Assembly: GCF_001194135.2 (NCBI RefSeq)
Contig: NC_068997.1
Location: 4,078,838 to 4,142,837, forward strand
Length of the DNA: 64,000 nucleotides
Origin: Octopus bimaculoides
Lineage: Eukaryota
Reading direction: 5' to 3'
Positions 12,277 to 25,904 of this stretch are shown in pieces; the first letter of the stretch is position 1; each line of letters begins with the position of its first letter. The notes under the pieces are model-generated. The model was not told where the DNA came from, searched no databases, and worked only from the letters and a program-made list of their open reading frames with translations. Position numbers and translations under genes: made by a program.

Positions 12277-13088
12277 ATATGAGTGCGTCTGTGTGTGTGT
12301 GTACACACAGGGTAAATTTCTTTAAAGTGTTAAAGCGTCGATTGAAACGCGTTGCGGCATTCGTTCCGGCTCATTACACTCTGAGGTGAACTTCACATTT
12401 CGATGTTGGGAAATAAAGGATCAATCGGGTACCGGGGGTAACCATTGAGCTTAACTTATTCGCTTCTCTAGGACTACCAATGGTCAAGGCAATCCAAAAA
12501 CACCTTAAGGATTTGAATGTTAGGCTATGATATATTTAGCAGCGGAACACATATTGTCACTGAACTGTTAAAGAATACGAATATATATATTTCTAAGGTG
12601 TGCACTTGCGTATATTTGTGCACATGTATTTATATGTGTATGAGTACATATTTGCTTGCTATGCTATAATCTCAGTTTATCTCTGGCTGAGCATTTCTAT
12701 AAGTTACTTCAGGTGTAATCATCACATCGTCGGCTGTAACGTCAACATTTCGTTCAGACAGTACGGTGTGATTTTGAGAGTATTTAGTAGTCATTTGTAA
12801 CAATTTGAGTAACAACTACCAACTGGCCGGTAGAGCTGGATGCATTGCGATATCTGTGCTGATTCTTAGTTTCCTGCCAGCAATCCCATCGTGGACTCTG
12901 GCGCAGTACCCTATTGGTCGTTACGGAACACTTTTCTCTTGGATAACTTTGGTCGCGGGCAAGTTATGAGCTTGCCTGAGTGGCCAAATTGTAATAATCT
13001 ACAAATATAAATTTGCCCAGGCCGACAGATGCTTCAGAAAATAGTCCATTTCTTTATACACACTCATACTTAAAACATATGGTAGGGT

Positions 13089-13090
<2 letters not shown>

Positions 13091-13173
<83 letters not shown>

Positions 13174-13210
13174 CGTGTGTGCGTGCGTGCGTGCGTGCGT
13201 GTGTGTGTGC
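13091..13210. repeat. (GT)n grading into (GCGT)n
   Basis: Read directly. Confidence 0.95.
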
Positions 13211-13727
13211 TTGCATGCAGGTGCGTGTGTGTTTGCATGCATGTGTCTGTGTGTATAGTGTGTGTATATTGTACGTAGGCACAAGTGAGAAGTTCCAAAC
13301 AATGTTGAATAGTTGTTTGTGGCTATGGTAGCTGGCACCTCGCACTTAGTTGTTCGAATTTCACGTTCCCCGTTATCAGACTAGATGTGAAATAAATAGA
13401 AAAAAAAGCAAGATTTTTCTTTTGTGTGGGGGGATGATAGTCTTGATCAAGTTTAACTGGGATCTAAGGAACAACAATGGCAAGCTTAAAGTGCTTCTAT
13501 GCACTGCTCAGTTTTCTAGAAATAGAAGTTACAGGACATTTGTAAATCATGCTCTTCGTCTTAAAACGGAGGAATGCATTGGGTACAGTGATCATGGAAT
13601 TTACACTACTTTAGAAAATATAAAAAGAGATGGTCACAGTTAGAACACTCTTGATCACAAGCCTACTCAAGTAGGTCTTACTTGGGGTTAAATAACAATG
13701 AAAAAACATTAATATCTTCCAGTGTAT

Positions 13728-13925
13728 AAGGCGGTAAGCTGGCAGAATCGTTAGCACGCCGGGCAGAATACTTCGCGGAATTTCGTCCGTCTTTCTACCG
13801 AGGTCGACTTTGCCTGTCATCCTTTCGGAATGTACTCGTTGAACGTTAGGGGTCGACGTAATCGACTTACTCCCTTCCCTCTGAATTGCCGACCTTGTGC
13901 CAAAATTTGAAATCAATATCTTTTA
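13728..13925 (+). mobile_element. SINE family B copy
   Basis: AAGGCGGTAAGCTGGCAGAATCGTTAGCACGCCGGGC head, GAGGTCGACTTTGCC, CCTTGTGCCAAAATTTGAAATCAATAT tail. Confidence 0.85.
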
Positions 13926-14216
13926 GTATTGCTATAATTCGTTTCTCAGTATGGGGACAGTTTGATTCAAGTAGGATGAGGCGTTTAAAAGAGTAGTACT
14001 TGAAATTGTTAACTTCAGTTTTGTTACTCCTAATAGCTGCATTAACTTAATCATCAGTTTTAACATATCTTCATTGCTGCTGTTGCTGTAGTTGCTGCTG
14101 GTACTGCTGTTGTTGTGATTGTTGTAGTTGCTGCTAGTTGTGTTCACTTCAAAAATTGAATCCTTCCAAATGAAAGTAGACGATAAATACATTTACACAT
14201 TTTTTCTCTCTTCCTT

Positions 14217-14228
14217 GCCGCCATCTTG
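14217..14228 (-). promoter_or_regulatory. Perfect YY1/Pho-type consensus CAAGATGGCGGC
   Basis: + strand GCCGCCATCTTG in non-repetitive sequence; motif match only. Confidence 0.25.
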
Positions 14229-15349
14229 TTATAAGTGTTTTATTTTACTTCTTCTTTCTGATAAAGCGTTTAAGTTTGTATTCAATCATGCTAAATGTGA
14301 AGCTATTACTGATGTGTTTTCAAGAGAGTGTGTATGTGTTTACATGTGTATCTGAAAAGAGTAGCACTTAAACAACCATATATATGTACATAAACAAACT
14401 TAATAGTGAATGTAGATAAATAGTTTAATGTATCAGCAACCTCGTTTATATTCATATTGACTTCATATTCAATCAAGAATTTTCTAATCTAAAATATTTA
14501 ATATTGAATTCGCTTTGCTTCTTCAGCAAACTCTGCGTGACTTTTCCTTTTGCTACCAGGTTTCGCAGATTGTGGTAACACGGCAAAACACTCCAAAGAC
14601 TCCAAGACATTTTAGTTATGTTCATTAAGTGTTTCTTTATTTTAAAGTATAGCAACTTGGAATTACAGGAAATAGCCATTTCCTAATCAATATTTATCTA
14701 AAACATTATATATTTTGTCCATCATCGATACAAATGAAAAAAAAAGTTGAGAGAAAAAATACCACGCTTGTGTTATATCAACGAAGCTCTACGAAATAAC
14801 GGAGGTTCGCAACAGAAGCGAAGTGCATGACAAACAGTTACAATTCTATGGACGAAGTCTCTATACTGTTGGCATCACAATGAAATACATGCAAATTCCT
14901 ACTAGAAAAATAATAAAAGGATCGAAATATATAGCAAAAAAATATATAAGGATGATATTTTATTTCACTTTTCATTTCGTTTGTAATACCGTTGTCTTAG
15001 TTGTTTTATTCGAATAAAATAAGTTGTGTGTCAATATAGTTTGCAATGCAAATACCAATTCTATGAAAGAGATTAAAATATATTTGACAGAATTGAAGGG
15101 GAAAAGAAAGAATAATTTAACGCCATTTTCACGTTCTTTTCTTTTTTGTTTTGTTTATAAATATTTATTCATTAATGTTTATTTTACTTATTTATTTATT
15201 TTTATTCCTTTCTCTACCACCCGAGATTTATCTTCGATTCTTTCGATTCTTATGAATAAATTTCATCAGTTTTCTATTATTTTTATCTCTGGTTTTAATT
15301 TTATCTCGATACGTATAATTCAGGATATATGGAATTATAACAACAGAAT

Positions 15350-15350
15350 A

Positions 15351-15414
<64 letters not shown>

Positions 15415-15427
15415 GTTATTATTATTA

Positions 15428-15495
<68 letters not shown>

Positions 15496-15496
15496 G
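15350..15496. repeat. (TAT)n microsatellite
   Basis: Read directly, few interruptions. Confidence 0.95.
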
Positions 15497-17176
15497 TGCA
15501 ACGGAATGAGAGAGATCCTGTGATAAACGCAACAAAAGATATCGTCTGCCGGATGATACCGCCATAATACAACGGCTGATGAGAAACGGAGGAAAGTTTG
15601 ATATCATATAACATAGCAGTCTTATAAACGGGAAAGGCATCAGTTTTGGTGTTATGGGAATTTGTTAAGAATATATTATTTTCTTACAGAGGAAATATTG
15701 CGTGGGGTGAGCATTTGTATATATAACACTGTGAATATATTCCAGCAAAAAATTTATGAGATAGCAGAAAGAAAAGAAACAGTGTTGGTAAGAGTATGAT
15801 AACCAAATGCAATGACTGCAGAACGGAATAAGTAATATCATAATGCATATGAAAATGGCATAGTAGTAGAACGGAAATATGACACAGGAGAACGTTGGGT
15901 CAGTTTGTAGGGATGATAAGAGGGATGATGATACTGCGGCTTAAATATTATCGGCTGCATCTTGAGGGCTGTATTTTCTCTTCAGAGGCAGAAAACTTTC
16001 CAGCGCCTATCTAGTACTAAGCCTCAACAAATGTGAGGGGATGCCCACAACGAAATACCTCATACATATGTGTGAGCGTCTACAGCTGCTGTGCTTAGAA
16101 GTATACTGTGTAGTATTTAAAGAATCACCACTCGAATGATTGGTCTGAAGTTACTCATGACTCAAGAGTCAAAAGAGCGGGGACAGCTTTCTCGTATTTG
16201 TTTATTAAGTTGGCAGAGAACCACATCTTTTGGGAAGAGAGTACAGTCAAATCAAATGACCTCATTTTATCGAATGTGGGGAGATGAAAGTTAAAGTTAA
16301 TCCTTATGAATTGGGGAGTGACGTCAAAATATAACGGTTCAAACAAAATACTCTAAAGGTTTTGTGAATAGTTTGGCTTTAAATATGGGTTGGTGTATAC
16401 TCATAACGGTCGTCTTAGACAAGTTCCACTAACAAAGATAATGTTTTATTTACGACATTAGAAAAATAATGCGTAATATGTGGAGTATTTCCAAGGATCT
16501 CATGATCTGAGAGGAAACGATTGGGTTTAGTGGTCAGTGTGAGGTACAAGTGTGGACTAGACACAATAGGGATGCTAACAGCGGGGAAAGACAAATGAAT
16601 AGAATACTACTGTAGGGTACAGCTGGCAAGACAACCCAGCTAGTTGAAGGACTAGAAGCCAGTAGAGTAGTTAGAGAAAAGATAGGAATATAGGACAGCA
16701 CATTTGAGGTGGTGTGAAGACATTAAAAATTATTAAGGCGCTGTTCCATTTCAGTAAGTCAGGTAGCCGTTTTTTGGATACGATACAAAATGTACGTGTG
16801 AGTGTAGCTCAAACAATTGCAGAAGCAGCAGCATCACATATATTCCGATCTCTCTGGAAACGGAAATAATTTCAATAAATCAAGAATTTCTCTTGTAAAT
16901 TATTTAATATTCTCTTATTCGGCTTTATTCCTGAAATGCATGCCATTGGCCACACTAAGTTATTTCTCTCACATCAATCCTTTTCCTTTCATATGCAAAA
17001 CGTATACGTACAACATACATGCATACATACATACATACATATATATATANNNNNNNNNNATGTGAGAGAAATAACTTAGTGTGGCCATATATATATGTTT
17101 ATATAAACATATATATATATATATGTACACATATATATGTGTATATATATTCATACATGCACATATGCATATGCAT

Positions 17177-17208
<32 letters not shown>

Positions 17209-17235
17209 ACATAGATAGATAGATATTTACATGTA

Positions 17236-17293
<58 letters not shown>

Positions 17294-17628
17294 TAAGTGT
17301 AAACATATATGTATATCGATCTATACACATGTATATTTGCATGCATGTGCGCGCTCGCACGCGTGTGTGTGTGTATGTAGATGATATCAACGCAGGAAAT
17401 GGAAGAGTCCTTCCATTCTCATGATGCCAGCTGCTCTACTGGCATTGGCAGAGATAAACTAAAATAATACTGACTTTAAAATTTCCAGAGCTACTGCTTT
17501 TCCGAATCCCAATGAAATTATTTTATATTGTACCCCATCCAAAGTGTAAATAGATAAATAGACACGAGATTTCAATCCAGAACATCAAATACACACACGA
17601 ACAAACACGCACACACACATACACACGT

Positions 17629-17665
<37 letters not shown>

Positions 17666-18199
17666 CACACAGGCACACACTCACACACGCGCACGCCTAC
17701 ATGCACTCACACACACATGCACACACACGCACACACACATACACACAAACACATACACACTCACAAACACGCACACACAAGCAAACGCACATGTAAGCAC
17801 TCACATATTTCACTTAGACTTTGCGAAACGAATAACCTGGTCTTATGTTTCAGGACAAAGTGTTAGATGGGTATGGAGAGGTGAGAAGAAAAAAAAAAGA
17901 CGACACAAGAAGAACAATGTTTATGCTATGAATTCCATTAGTCCACAGCTGTTACTGTCATGTGATGCGGTGGCTTCTTAGTTGATTGTCTGAATAACAT
18001 CGTGTAGCTTCATCGGAGCCTTGAGGCACTCAGCTAAGAGTTCACTGCATCTTATAGTAGAAACAGATGCAGACTAATGAGGTTCATAACATAACCATTG
18101 TTTTTCCTGTGTCATCACTTCTTTTTAATTTTATATATATTATTTTATTGTTACTTGTTTCAGTCATTTCATTGCGGCCATGCTGAACCACCGTCTTTC

Positions 18200-18277
<78 letters not shown>

Positions 18278-18414
18278 TAATTTTCTAGAATGAAGCCAAA
18301 TGTTTTGCTTGTTGGTTATCTGTTTTACAATGTATGTATGCATGTATGTGTGTGTGTATAGTAAAACATAACTCAATTTTATTTTCTCTTCAGATTTCAC
18401 CTACTAGAAATGAT

Positions 18415-18900
18415 GAAATAACGAACGACTCCAGACTAAACTTTGAACAATGGAAATTTATCCGAAAGTATTACGGGAAGTTTGTAAATGCAGTCTAAGT
18501 GCAATGACTGTTTATTAAGAGTTACAATATGGTGTGGCTTATCAAGAAAAGGAGTAAATGGATATTGTCTTTCGATAGTACTGTGAATGGATTCATTTAC
18601 TTCAACTCGCTGTCACAATCTGTCATGACGAATATTTAACAAGATTTTGAAGCTGAGTTATATTTCCAGAAAGATAGAGCACCAGTACATTTCTACCGGG
18701 CCTTCTTTGATAAGAATTTACCAAAGATGGATTCGAGGAAAAGGTTCAGTAAGAATACTTACCGAGTTTAGCGGAACTTACACCCCTAAACTTTTTTATG
18801 GGGATACTTAAAAGATAAAGTCTACGTTCCAAAACGACAACTGCCTGTAGAGTCTATTCAACATTGAAAATGAGATGTATTACAGCAGTAACATAAGATT
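18415..18900 (+). pseudogene. Tc1/mariner rosa (DD41D-like) transposase relic with internal deletion
   Basis: Frameshifted pieces RLNFEQWKFIRKYY, RVTIWCGLSRKG, TVNG, LYFQKDRAPVH, TPLNFF..GYLKDKVY resemble rosa-family motifs (FQQDGAPPH, PDLTPLDFYLWGYLKDKVY). Confidence 0.7.
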
Positions 18901-19022
18901 CTTCCAAGGCAGTTATACATTTTCTGCTTTTCCTTATATTTTCAACACACAGACACATACACACAAAACAAACACACACTCGTACATACGTATGTATGGA
19001 TGCATGTACATACATACCTACG

Positions 19023-19024
<2 letters not shown>

Positions 19025-19056
<32 letters not shown>

Positions 19057-19078
19057 TGTATGTATGTATGTACGTATG

Positions 19079-19111
<33 letters not shown>

Positions 19112-19150
19112 TTGTATGTATGTATGTATGTATGTATGTATGTATTATGT
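19025..19150. repeat. (TATG)n microsatellite
   Basis: Read directly. Confidence 0.9.
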
Positions 19151-19935
19151 ATTCATGTATATGACTGTCATTTCTACCATCCAGAGCTCATTAAATAATT
19201 TTACAATGTCCAGTAGTTAATTAGCTGACATTTTTATGTGAGATATCTGTTTTTTTTTAAACAAACTTTAAAAGATTCTGTAATTATGACGATGTTTCGC
19301 GTCTGCATGTACGTATGGATATGTCTATATAAATATACATTTTCTACGCATACGCATATGTATATACACATATAAGTCATATGTATAAAGATATATATAC
19401 ATACACACAGACGTATATATATATAAATATGTACATTATATGTATATATTTGTATAAACACATACGCACACATATATATGCGTGCGTGTATGTACACATA
19501 TGTATGTATACATACACATACACAACCAATATGTATATATATATAACTATATATATATANNNNNNNNNNNNNNNNNNNNNNNNNNNNNNNNNNNNNNNNN
19601 NNNNNNNNNNNNNNNNNNNNNNNNNNNNNNNNNNNNNNNNNNNNNNNNNNNNNNNNNNNNNNNNNNNNNNNNNNNNNNNNNNNNNNNNNNNNNNNNNNNN
19701 NNNNNNNNNNNNNNNNNNNNNNNNNNNNNNNNNNNNNNNNNNNNNNNNNNNNNNNNNNNNNNNNNNNNNNNNNNNNNNNNNNNNNNNNNNNNNNNNNNNN
19801 NNNNNNNNNNNNNNNNNNNNNNNNNNNNNNNNNNNNNNNNNNNNNNNNNNNNNNNNNNNNNNNNNNNNNNNNNNNNNNNNNNNNNNNNNNNNNNNNNNNN
19901 NNNNNNNNNNNNNNNNNNNNNNNNNNNNNNNNNNN

Positions 19936-20054
19936 TTTCTTTCTGTATGTATTTTCTATACATGAAAGTGAAAGAAACCCAGCACAAAGGGAGGGGGAAA
20001 GCGGGAGAGAAAGTGACGCTGATGTCTGATACCGTATAAGTGTATGTCAGTGTG

Positions 20055-20100
<46 letters not shown>

Positions 20101-20137
20101 CGCGCGTGTGGCGTTCCACAATCGCCATTTGTCTCAA
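19936..20137 (-). repeat. Unclassified ~200-bp repeat, copy 1 (inverted relative to 20423-20660)
   Basis: Minus strand TTGAGACAAATGGCGATTGTGGAACGCCAC...CATCAGCGTCACTTTCTCTCCCGCTTTCCCCC; diverged from copy 2, so not a simple assembly duplication. Confidence 0.8.
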
Positions 20138-20422
20138 TCACTTTTATGAAGATATTCAGATAATTTTCGCTCATTCTTTCATTTAATCCCCATTTTGATT
20201 TTCGAAAAAGTTACCTAGAAATTGTCAAGTCCCATATGATTCATGGGCCCTGTGGTTCAATTAATCCATCTTCCACATGCATGAGGCATAATAAGTGTAC
20301 CAAGAACTACCCACAAACTGGAGAAGGCGGCTACCCCCTTTACCGGAGAAGAAAACCTGGGCATGGTGGACTTTTCGAAAACATGAGAAATGGGCAAGAA
20401 TTCATCATTGACAATCGGTGGG

Positions 20423-20660
20423 TTGAGATAAATGGCGATTGTGGAACACCACATCCATGCAAACACTCACTCACACACATATATACAGTATCAAACATCA
20501 GCGTCTCTTTCTCTTCCGCTTTCCCCCTCTCTTTGTGCCGGGTTTCTTTCACCTTCATGTATAGAAGACACATACAGTATGAAGCATCAACGTCTCTATC
20601 TCTCTGTATCTCTCTCTCCTGCTACCCCTCTCTCTCTTTCAACTTCTATAGAAATTTGTT
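20423..20660 (+). repeat. Unclassified repeat copy 2, interrupting the Helitron Rep reading frame
   Basis: Starts TTGAGATAAATGGCGATTGTGG at the end of the DNRWV codons; Rep homology resumes near 20665 (LFLTKTLNTHITVEF). Confidence 0.75.
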
Positions 20661-21110
20661 GTGTCTCTGTTTCTTACAAAAACTTTGAACACCCATATCA
20701 CTGTTGAATTCTACAACTCCGCTAAGACTATTAAGTATGTTTGCAAATTATCAGCAGATAAATAAAAGTGATGAACTTGCACAGAATGAGAGTGGAAGAT
20801 ACATCAGTAGCAATGAGGCTTTTTAGTGCATCTTCAATTTTCTCATTCGCGAGAGGCACCCAGCAATCTTTCATCTGAGCGTCTATCTAGAGAATGGCCC
20901 AAGGATTATCTTTAAAGTTGTGTCAAATAGATGAAGATGCATGAAAACTTTATCCAGAATTACCTGGAGAAACGATAGATAGCACAAGAGGAACAGTGGA
21001 GCTGATACTCTTGCAAGAGTTTACAGTGTCCATCCAAGAATGCTACTACTTACGGCTCCTTTTGCATGGAGCACGTGATCCCAAATCATTCCAATATTTG
21101 AGGAGGATAA

Positions 21111-21857
21111 ATGGTTATGTGCGTGATAAATGGTTATGAGCATTGGGACCTTGCATTCACTGAAGCATCAGTATCAGATTCTCCAAGGAGACTCCGTAAC
21201 CTTTCTGCAATTTTACTGAAGATGTGTCAAGTTGGCAGTCCCCTACAGCTTTGGATGAAACATCTTGAGGACATGACTGAGAACGTAAAGTATGCAGTTC
21301 AACAGGCAAACCCAGATATCAATATTCAGCTCTCTGAAGCAATTTTTAACCAAACACTGATTGAAATGCAGGATCACGTTTTGGCCATGGGAAGCAAAAA
21401 TTTGCTAGAGTCTGGCTCTGGACTGCCAAACACAAACCATCAAATTAGTGATTTAACTTCAAGAGACATAACAAGAGAGATAAACTGTGATATCACCGAG
21501 TTGGCTGCATTTGTGAATGAGCATGAACCTAAACTTCTTGAACAACGCTGTGCATATGATAAAATTATTTCGTCAGCCAGAGGAAAAAGCGGAGGAATTC
21601 TCGCTTTTGATGCTCCTGGTAGCACAAGTAAAACATTTGTAACAACATTGCTTCTCTCCAACGTAAAGCAAGCAAAAAGAATTGCAGTTGCTGTAGCATC
21701 TCCTCGCATTGCTGCTACCCTTCTTCCAAGAGGAGGAGCAGCTCATTCTTCTCTTACATTACCGCTAAACCTGGTCACAAATGACATTCCAATTTGTAAC
21801 ATAATCAAAGGTTCAGGGTCAGCAAAAGTGTTGCGCCAATGCCAATTGATCATTTAG
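21111..21857 (+). pseudogene. Largest open segment of the Helitron helicase pseudogene
   Basis: Track ORF 248 aa; Walker A degenerate (GSTSKT instead of GGTGKT), stop codon replaces W of the IIWDE motif. Confidence 0.85.
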
Positions 21858-22939
21858 GATGAATTCACCATGTCACATAGAGATGCAATGGAAGCTCTTG
21901 ATAAGACCTCACAGGACATAAGAAACAACAATGCATCTATGCGAGGAGATACATTAAATTTATCAGGAAGCTTTCAGACTTACGTTACTAGTCATTCCGA
22001 GACGAACAAGATTTGATGAAATAAAATCATGCATTTAGTCTTCACATCTATGGAATAAAGTAGAGAAGTTCTGCTTCAATATTAATGTTAGCTTTATTAC
22101 ATGGGGACCAATGTGCAGAAACGTTTTCAACCTGGCTCCTCCAATTAGGAAATGGGAAAGTACCACTTTATGGGAATGATGTTATCAATTTGACTCATAT
22201 TGCTATCATGGTGAATTCTCCAGCTGAATTGAAGAACGGTATTTCCAGACTTAACAATTATAATTCACATAAATGGTTGTGAAAAAGAGCAATTCTTGTT
22301 CCCAAAAATGGGACAGTAGCAAGGATTAACCATGAATTAATGAATAATATTCCAACAGTCATAAAGAAGTACAAGTGAATTGATTCAGTCCTTGATGAAC
22401 ATCAAGCTGTTCATTACCCAACAGAGTTCCTTAATTCTCTTGAGCCACCTGGAACTCCTACACATAAACATTTTTCTGAAGTTTGGGACCCTAATAATAC
22501 TTCTAAGAAATTTAGATCCTCTCAAATTATGCAGTGGGTTACAAGCTTGCTTGTAAAGACATTATCACCTAATGTGATACCTCTGGAGATACCTCTAGGG
22601 AAGAGGCTTTCATTCCAAGAATTCCAATCAAACCAACAGACATGCCATTTGAGTTCAAATGAACACAATTCCCAGTGCAATTTTGTTTCGCAAGATCTAT
22701 TAATAAAGCTCAAGGTCAGACTTTGAAATCTATTGGCTTGCACTTAATTGAGACTTGCTTTTCTCATGATCAGCTTTATGTTGGTTGCTCCAGGGCTGGT
22801 TGTTTGCAAAACTTATTTATCTGTGCTCCAAACCAGAAAACATAATATGTGATTTACCCAGAAGCTCTTATGTAATTTTCTTCAATATATGTAATAGAAT
22901 TAATCTCTCTTCATAAAAGTGATAAATTTTGTATCTTCG

Positions 22940-22941
<2 letters not shown>

Positions 22942-23036
<95 letters not shown>

Positions 23037-23040
23037 TTGT
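22942..23040. repeat. Compound (TAT)n-(TAG)n microsatellite in the Helitron 3' region
   Basis: Read directly. Confidence 0.9.
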
Positions 23041-24068
23041 ATTATGAATTCAGAATTGATTTAATGTGCCCTAATTGAATAATAAATTGAATTTAGAATA
23101 ACAGATTCCTATACAACATGTTTTGCTTTTTCTTCTGTTATATACGGAATAATTTAATTCCCGAGCAACACCGGGTGCCTCTGCTAGTACATGAATATAC
23201 ATACAGCATATATTCATGTATCTAGATAAGCAAATATTTACATATGTATGTATATATAATTATATGTGTTTGTACATATGTATGTATGTATGTATGCATG
23301 CATGCATACAAATATGTATGTATGTATATATGTATGTATGTATGTACGTATGCATGCATGCATGTATGTATGTATGTATGTATAGTTGTTTGCACAAATC
23401 CTCTTTATCTACTATGTAAACAAAAGCACGCAGACATTGAAATACGCCGAAGATCGATATTCGTTTTCTAATCAAATACACAGCACAAAGAACATTAATG
23501 TTGGAGCTATCATTTGTTAGTTATGCGCTGTAAGTCAATGTTGTGTCCACATCTTATTGATGTCAAACTATCTCCAGCTAGGAAACCATAAAAGAAAAGA
23601 AGAAAAATAAAACAGATAGAACAGAAACCATAGACAATTCCTGTTGAAAGACTCTGCAAAAACGACAAGAAGAATGAGTAATGCGTTAATGTAATAACAG
23701 AAAAACGAGAGAGGAAAGGTGAAAAGAGGTAGATAGAGAAAAAGAGAGAGAAGGAGAGAGGTGGAAATCAGAGTGGAAGGGAGAAACAGGGAAGTGGGGA
23801 AAAAAGAAAAATAGGTAGAAAAATAAAATGGAGGCTAAAGTTAGATTTGAACCTAAGTTTGAGTATATTTAAGGTCAGTGACCAATTGTATTGACTTTAT
23901 GTGTCAGTGTAAATATAAACGGATATAGATAGATGGGTGGATAAGTAGATAAATGGATTGATTCAATGTAAATAAAACATAAAATACGAAGACTACTGGA
24001 CATGAAATGTGGTGTCAGAGAAATAATAGAATAAATGATTGGTGACATGAAATGATTCGGGGTGAAGT

Positions 24069-24350
24069 GACAGCAGATGACAGCAGATGACGGCAGGTGG
24101 TGACAGGTGAAGGCAGACACTGGAGGATGACGACAGATGGCGGCAGGTGACGGCAGGTGACGGCAGGTGGTGGCAGGTGACGGCAGATGACGATGTGAAA
24201 TGACAGAAAATGGGGGAAGACGACAGCAGATGATGGAAGATGCTGTGAAATAATGGAAAATGACAGGAAATAGCGTAAAATGACAGTAGATATTGAGAGA
24301 TGTGAGATGTTGTGAGATAACTGTGTGAAAGATGGTTGTTGTGGTAAGTT
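24069..24350. repeat. 10-bp minisatellite (GACGGCAGGT / GACAGCAGAT) decaying into AT-richer units
   Basis: 10-bp phase kept over about 28 units. Confidence 0.8.
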
Positions 24351-24800
24351 AATGGAGGATGTTTTTGATAAGAAATGATGAGAAGTATCGTAAGATACGG
24401 TGGAACAACGGGAAATGAACTGTGATCGCACGTTGAATAATGTGAGTTCTCACTTTCTTGAGTTCTCTCTTTCGTGAGTTCTCTCTTCGGCGTGGTGGAG
24501 AAAGAATTGGTAGGGCTGAAATGTGAACTACCTTTACTTGCTCCTTGTACCAGCTGATTCACAGAGAAGGTGATAGAAATTAACTTGGCTTGTTGTTTAT
24601 TTATCCATCCTTTAAGGAATGAAAACATTGTTCACTTCGGTGGAATTTGAACTCAGAGTGGAGTGTCGATATAAACATCGCAAAACCGTTTGTCCACGCT
24701 CAAATTCGCGTAATAACGGAATATGAGAGCCAATGTATAAAACTTCATATACCATGACTGGAGTCTTTTGCTATAGAAACTTGATGCTATATTGCCCTAT

Positions 24801-24848
<48 letters not shown>

Positions 24849-24957
24849 AATATGGTATATATTATATGTGTGTATATATATATATATCTGGTATATATGT
24901 ATATGTGTATATACATATATATGGTATATATGTATATGTGTATATACATATGTACGT

Positions 24958-25001
<44 letters not shown>

Positions 25002-25119
25002 ACATACATACATATACACACATATACGCCCGCGCACACATACTCTCTCCCTCTTTCTCTCTCTCCCACACATACACACACACACATAGACAAACACACA
25101 TGCACACACAGACATACAC

Positions 25120-25191
<72 letters not shown>
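25120..25191. repeat. (GATA)n
   Basis: Read directly. Confidence 0.95.
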
Positions 25192-25192
<1 letters not shown>

Positions 25193-25904
25193 TGGGGAAG
25201 GAGACAGAATGTTCTGTGGAGTGGTGATGGAATTAAGAGTGCTCAAAAATAAACTAAAAGTGTATGAGAAAATTGTAAAGATGACAGAAATTAAAGGAAT
25301 GAAAAGTAAAAGAGAAACAGTTGGAACTGGTAATGGAAGTCTTGTAGAAGACATGTACGGACAGCTTTTAGTGATTATGATTAAAGTAAGTCCAAGAAGA
25401 TTTGGTGTAGGAATTAAAAGGGTCAAAGAGGAAAATCTCAAACCGAAATATATGGAAGAATATGGATAAGTCATGAGGTGAAAAATATCGATCTTTTACA
25501 TTTTAGCCATCTTTCCTGGTGCCAGACTGAATTTATTTTGACTATTCAAAACACAGAATTATTCTTTTCCATGTTTTCAATGATTGTAAATGGATGTGAC
25601 GTGATGCAATTGACTTTCTAACTGGTTTAATATCTTATGGAGTGGAATAGCAAGTTAATATTACATTAGAATAGCAATCCGTAATGTAATAAAGTTAGTT
25701 GCGATCCACGTTGGCAGAGATTAGTCCATAGAAGGCACGATAGAGGAAGCTTTGGCTACAGGCGATACTCCAGACAACTAAATTCTCACATACGCACGTA
25801 TGTAAACACATATACACATACAGTACTATATACACATACATAAATGTATAGTTGTATCCCATCTATCCTACTTCTTGACCGTGTAGTTGCTAGAGCATTA
25901 CCTG

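Larger units (their letters stand above)
20150..23187 (+). mobile_element. Helitron (Rep-helicase) relic, 5' truncated, intact 3' terminus
   Basis: Rep-region motifs MIHGPCG, CTKNYP, GYPLYRRR, DNRWV, VEFYNSAKTIKYVCK; PIF1-like helicase motifs DAPGSTSKT, AVASPRIAATLL, II*DE, QGQTL, CFSHDQLYVGCSR; 3' hairpin CCCG-AGCAACAC-CGGG then CTAG (23184-23187) followed by T. Confidence 0.9.

Noticed and set aside
15570-15605. CTGATGA...GAAA as another hammerhead
   Set aside because: No stem II pairing and no stem I/III
16560-16740. HLRWCEDIK resembling an RTE C-terminus
   Set aside because: Too short and frameshifted to support
16948-17086. Perfect 27-bp inverted repeat (16948-16974 and 17060-17086)
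   Set aside because: The second copy starts exactly at a 10-N gap, so a contig-join artefact is likely; needs long reads
17398-17447. Two adjacent 7-8-bp-stem hairpins
   Set aside because: Within chance expectation for 64 kb
25209-25469. 86-aa Lys/Glu-rich ORF
   Set aside because: Purine-rich, low-complexity sequence with no recognisable domain
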